Of a DNA stretch of 64,000 bases, positions 62,621-64,000 are shown piece after piece; within the stretch, counting starts at the first letter, position 1; each line of letters begins with the position of its first letter. This DNA is from Planctomycetota bacterium (lineage in GTDB: Bacteria > Planctomycetota > UBA1135 > UBA2386), in the NCBI GenBank assembly GCA_046290465.1, contig JBKAGP010000001.1:5344001-5408000 (forward strand). Direction: 5' to 3'. Under the pieces are notes generated by a model. The model had not been told where the DNA came from. It made no database searches and saw only the letters and a program-made list of their open reading frames with translations. Position numbers and translations under genes: made by a program.

Positions 62621-63439
62621 ATGTCCATGCGTTCCTGGTCCGTCCTGCTCCCGTCCGCCCTCCTGTTGGCCGCCTGCGCTTCCGGCCCGTCCGGCGCGGA
62701 CGTGCGCGTCGTCACGCAGGAGCTCAGCTACTCGGCCGGCGGTGCCAACTGCACCGGCTACGTCGCCTACGACAAGAACCGCACCGGGCCGCGCCCCGGC
62801 GTGCTGATCGTTCACGAGTGGTGGGGGCACAACGACTATGTGCGGCGGCGTGCGCGCATGTTGGCCGAACTCGGCTACACGGCGTTCGCGCTCGACATGT
62901 ACGGCGACGGCAAGTCGGCGCAGCACCCGAAGGACGCGCAGAAGTTCATGCAGGAGGTGTTCGCCAACATGCCGGCCGGCGTGGCGCGGTTCGAGGCGGC
63001 GGAGAAGCTGCTGCGCGACCATGCGACGACGGACCCGGATCAGATCGCTGCGATCGGCTACTGCTTCGGCGGGGCGATCGTGCTCGGCATGGCGCGCCAG
63101 GGGGCGGACCTCGATGCCGTCGCCAGCTTCCACGGCAGCCTCGCGACCGAGACGCCGGCGAAGCCCGGCGCGGTCCAGGCGCACGTGCTGATCTGCCATG
63201 GCGGCGCCGACAAGATGGTGCCGCTCGAGCAGGTCGCCGCGGTCGAGTCCGAGATGAAGGACGGCGGTGCTCCGAGCGTGCGGACCGTGGTCTACGCCGG
63301 CGCGCTGCACGGGTTCACCAACCCGGATGCGACCGCCAAGGGCGAGCAGTTCGAGATCCCGATCGGCTACCAGAAGGAGGCCGACGAGAACTCGTGGACC
63401 GAACTGCAGCTGCTGCTGGAACGGGCGTTCGCGAACTAG
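62621..63439 (+). CDS. dienelactone hydrolase family lipoprotein
   Basis: Lipobox LAAC; VHEWWG, GYCFGG, SFHGSL, HGGAD, HGFTNP. Confidence 0.92.
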   Translation: MSMRSWSVLLPSALLLAACASGPSGADVRVVTQELSYSAGGANCTGYVAYDKNRTGPRPGVLIVHEWWGHNDYVRRRARMLAELGYTAFALDMYGDGKSAQHPKDAQKFMQEVFANMPAGVARFEAAEKLLRDHATTDPDQIAAIGYCFGGAIVLGMARQGADLDAVASFHGSLATETPAKPGAVQAHVLICHGGADKMVPLEQVAAVESEMKDGGAPSVRTVVYAGALHGFTNPDATAKGEQFEIPIGYQKEADENSWTELQLLLERAFAN

Positions 63440-63455
63440 CGGAACGGGCGCGCGA

Positions 63456-63541
63456 CCCAGTTGGTGCCGTTGGCCCAGTTGGTGCCGCTGGCCTCCTTGG
63501 TGCCGCTGGCCCCCTTGGTGCCGTTGGCCCCCTTGGTGCCG
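63456..63541. repeat. intergenic 18-bp tandem repeat (about 4.8 copies, core TTGGTGCCGYTGGCC)
   Basis: Units start at 63461, 63479, 63497, 63515, with a partial unit at 63533; lies between convergent genes. Confidence 0.9.
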
Positions 63542-63587
63542 TGTGCGCGGTTCGCGAAAGTTGGAGGATGAACCGCGTACCGTACGG

Positions 63588-64000
63588 CTACTTGTCGCCG
63601 CTGAGCCACTTGTCGCGCCAGGTCTTGAGGTTCTTGTTGTTGGGGTCGAGGGTGATGGCCTCGTCCATCAGGTCGAGCGCTTCCTTGCGCTTCTTGTTCA
63701 CGATCAGGATGGAGGCGTGGATGCTCATCGCGTTGGCGTAGAAGGCCTTGTCGGGCTGCTTCGCGTGGCGCTTCTCGACGGCCTTCAGGGTCGCCTTGCT
63801 GACCTTCAGGGCGTCCTTCAGGATCCGCTTGTTGGCCTTGTCGAGGTCCTTCCAGTTGCCGTAGGCAAACCGGCACATGCGCTGGCCCCACTCGACGACG
63901 CGGTCGTCGGGGATGCTCTTCCAGGCCTTGTTGGCGTAGGACGCCGCGTCCTTGGCCTCGCCGCGCGACCAGTGCGCGGTCGCCATCCGGTCGTAGCCCA
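63588..64000 (-). CDS. TPR-like helical protein, 5' part outside window
   Basis: Frame is open to the window end; C-terminal EALDLMDEAITLDPNN is TPR-like; Lys/Ala-rich helices. Confidence 0.7.
   Translation of the reverse strand, partial: GYDRMATAHWSRGEAKDAASYANKAWKSIPDDRVVEWGQRMCRFAYGNWKDLDKANKRILKDALKVSKATLKAVEKRHAKQPDKAFYANAMSIHASILIVNKKRKEALDLMDEAITLDPNNKNLKTWRDKWLSGDK

Noticed and set aside
63456..63541. Tandem repeats here and at 43874-43940 as CRISPR arrays
   Set aside because: Units are contiguous with no unique spacers, are too short, and there are no cas genes.
63436..63891. Minus-strand ORF with GTKGAN-like repeats
   Set aside because: Overlaps the TPR-like gene out of frame; the peptide repeat is simply the translated minisatellite.

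Overview
A gene-dense, very GC-rich bacterial window, most likely from a Planctomycetota genome (inferred from the PSD1/DUF1553-DUF1501 pair, a LEPRxLL-type leader, membrane-anchored ECF sigma factors and PVC-type cytochrome/beta-propeller/ThuA modules). I call 45 CDS and see no rRNA, tRNA, CRISPR array or mobile element. Housekeeping genes include lipA with 2-oxoacid dehydrogenase E1 alpha/beta, ate/bpt, a GH15, recQ, cobB, LOG, rsgA, a fused L-serine dehydratase and csaA. Two loci stand out. (1) 58902-62106 is a translationally coupled operon: a diheme NorC-like cytochrome, a cNOR/cbb3-related heme-copper-oxidase subunit I with a rewired active site (helix VI His ligand absent, WKSCG instead; distal low-spin heme His replaced by Met), and a cysteine desulfurase. 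(2) 9024-21436 is a type I-like export operon with no ATPase or TolC in view: periplasmic protein, hybrid kinase, LEPRxLL/RTX/PKD adhesin, MFP, PilZ-like protein, GAF-MFP and an RRE-like/M50 peptidase/MFP fusion. Window-wide patterns are Gln at +1 after most signal peptides, TANNNT boxes 6-10 nt before SD-less start codons (probable leaderless mRNAs), and a C-terminal domain shared by two unrelated secreted proteins. All family calls come from motif recognition by eye; no searches were run. Start codons were chosen manually and several differ from the ORF track.
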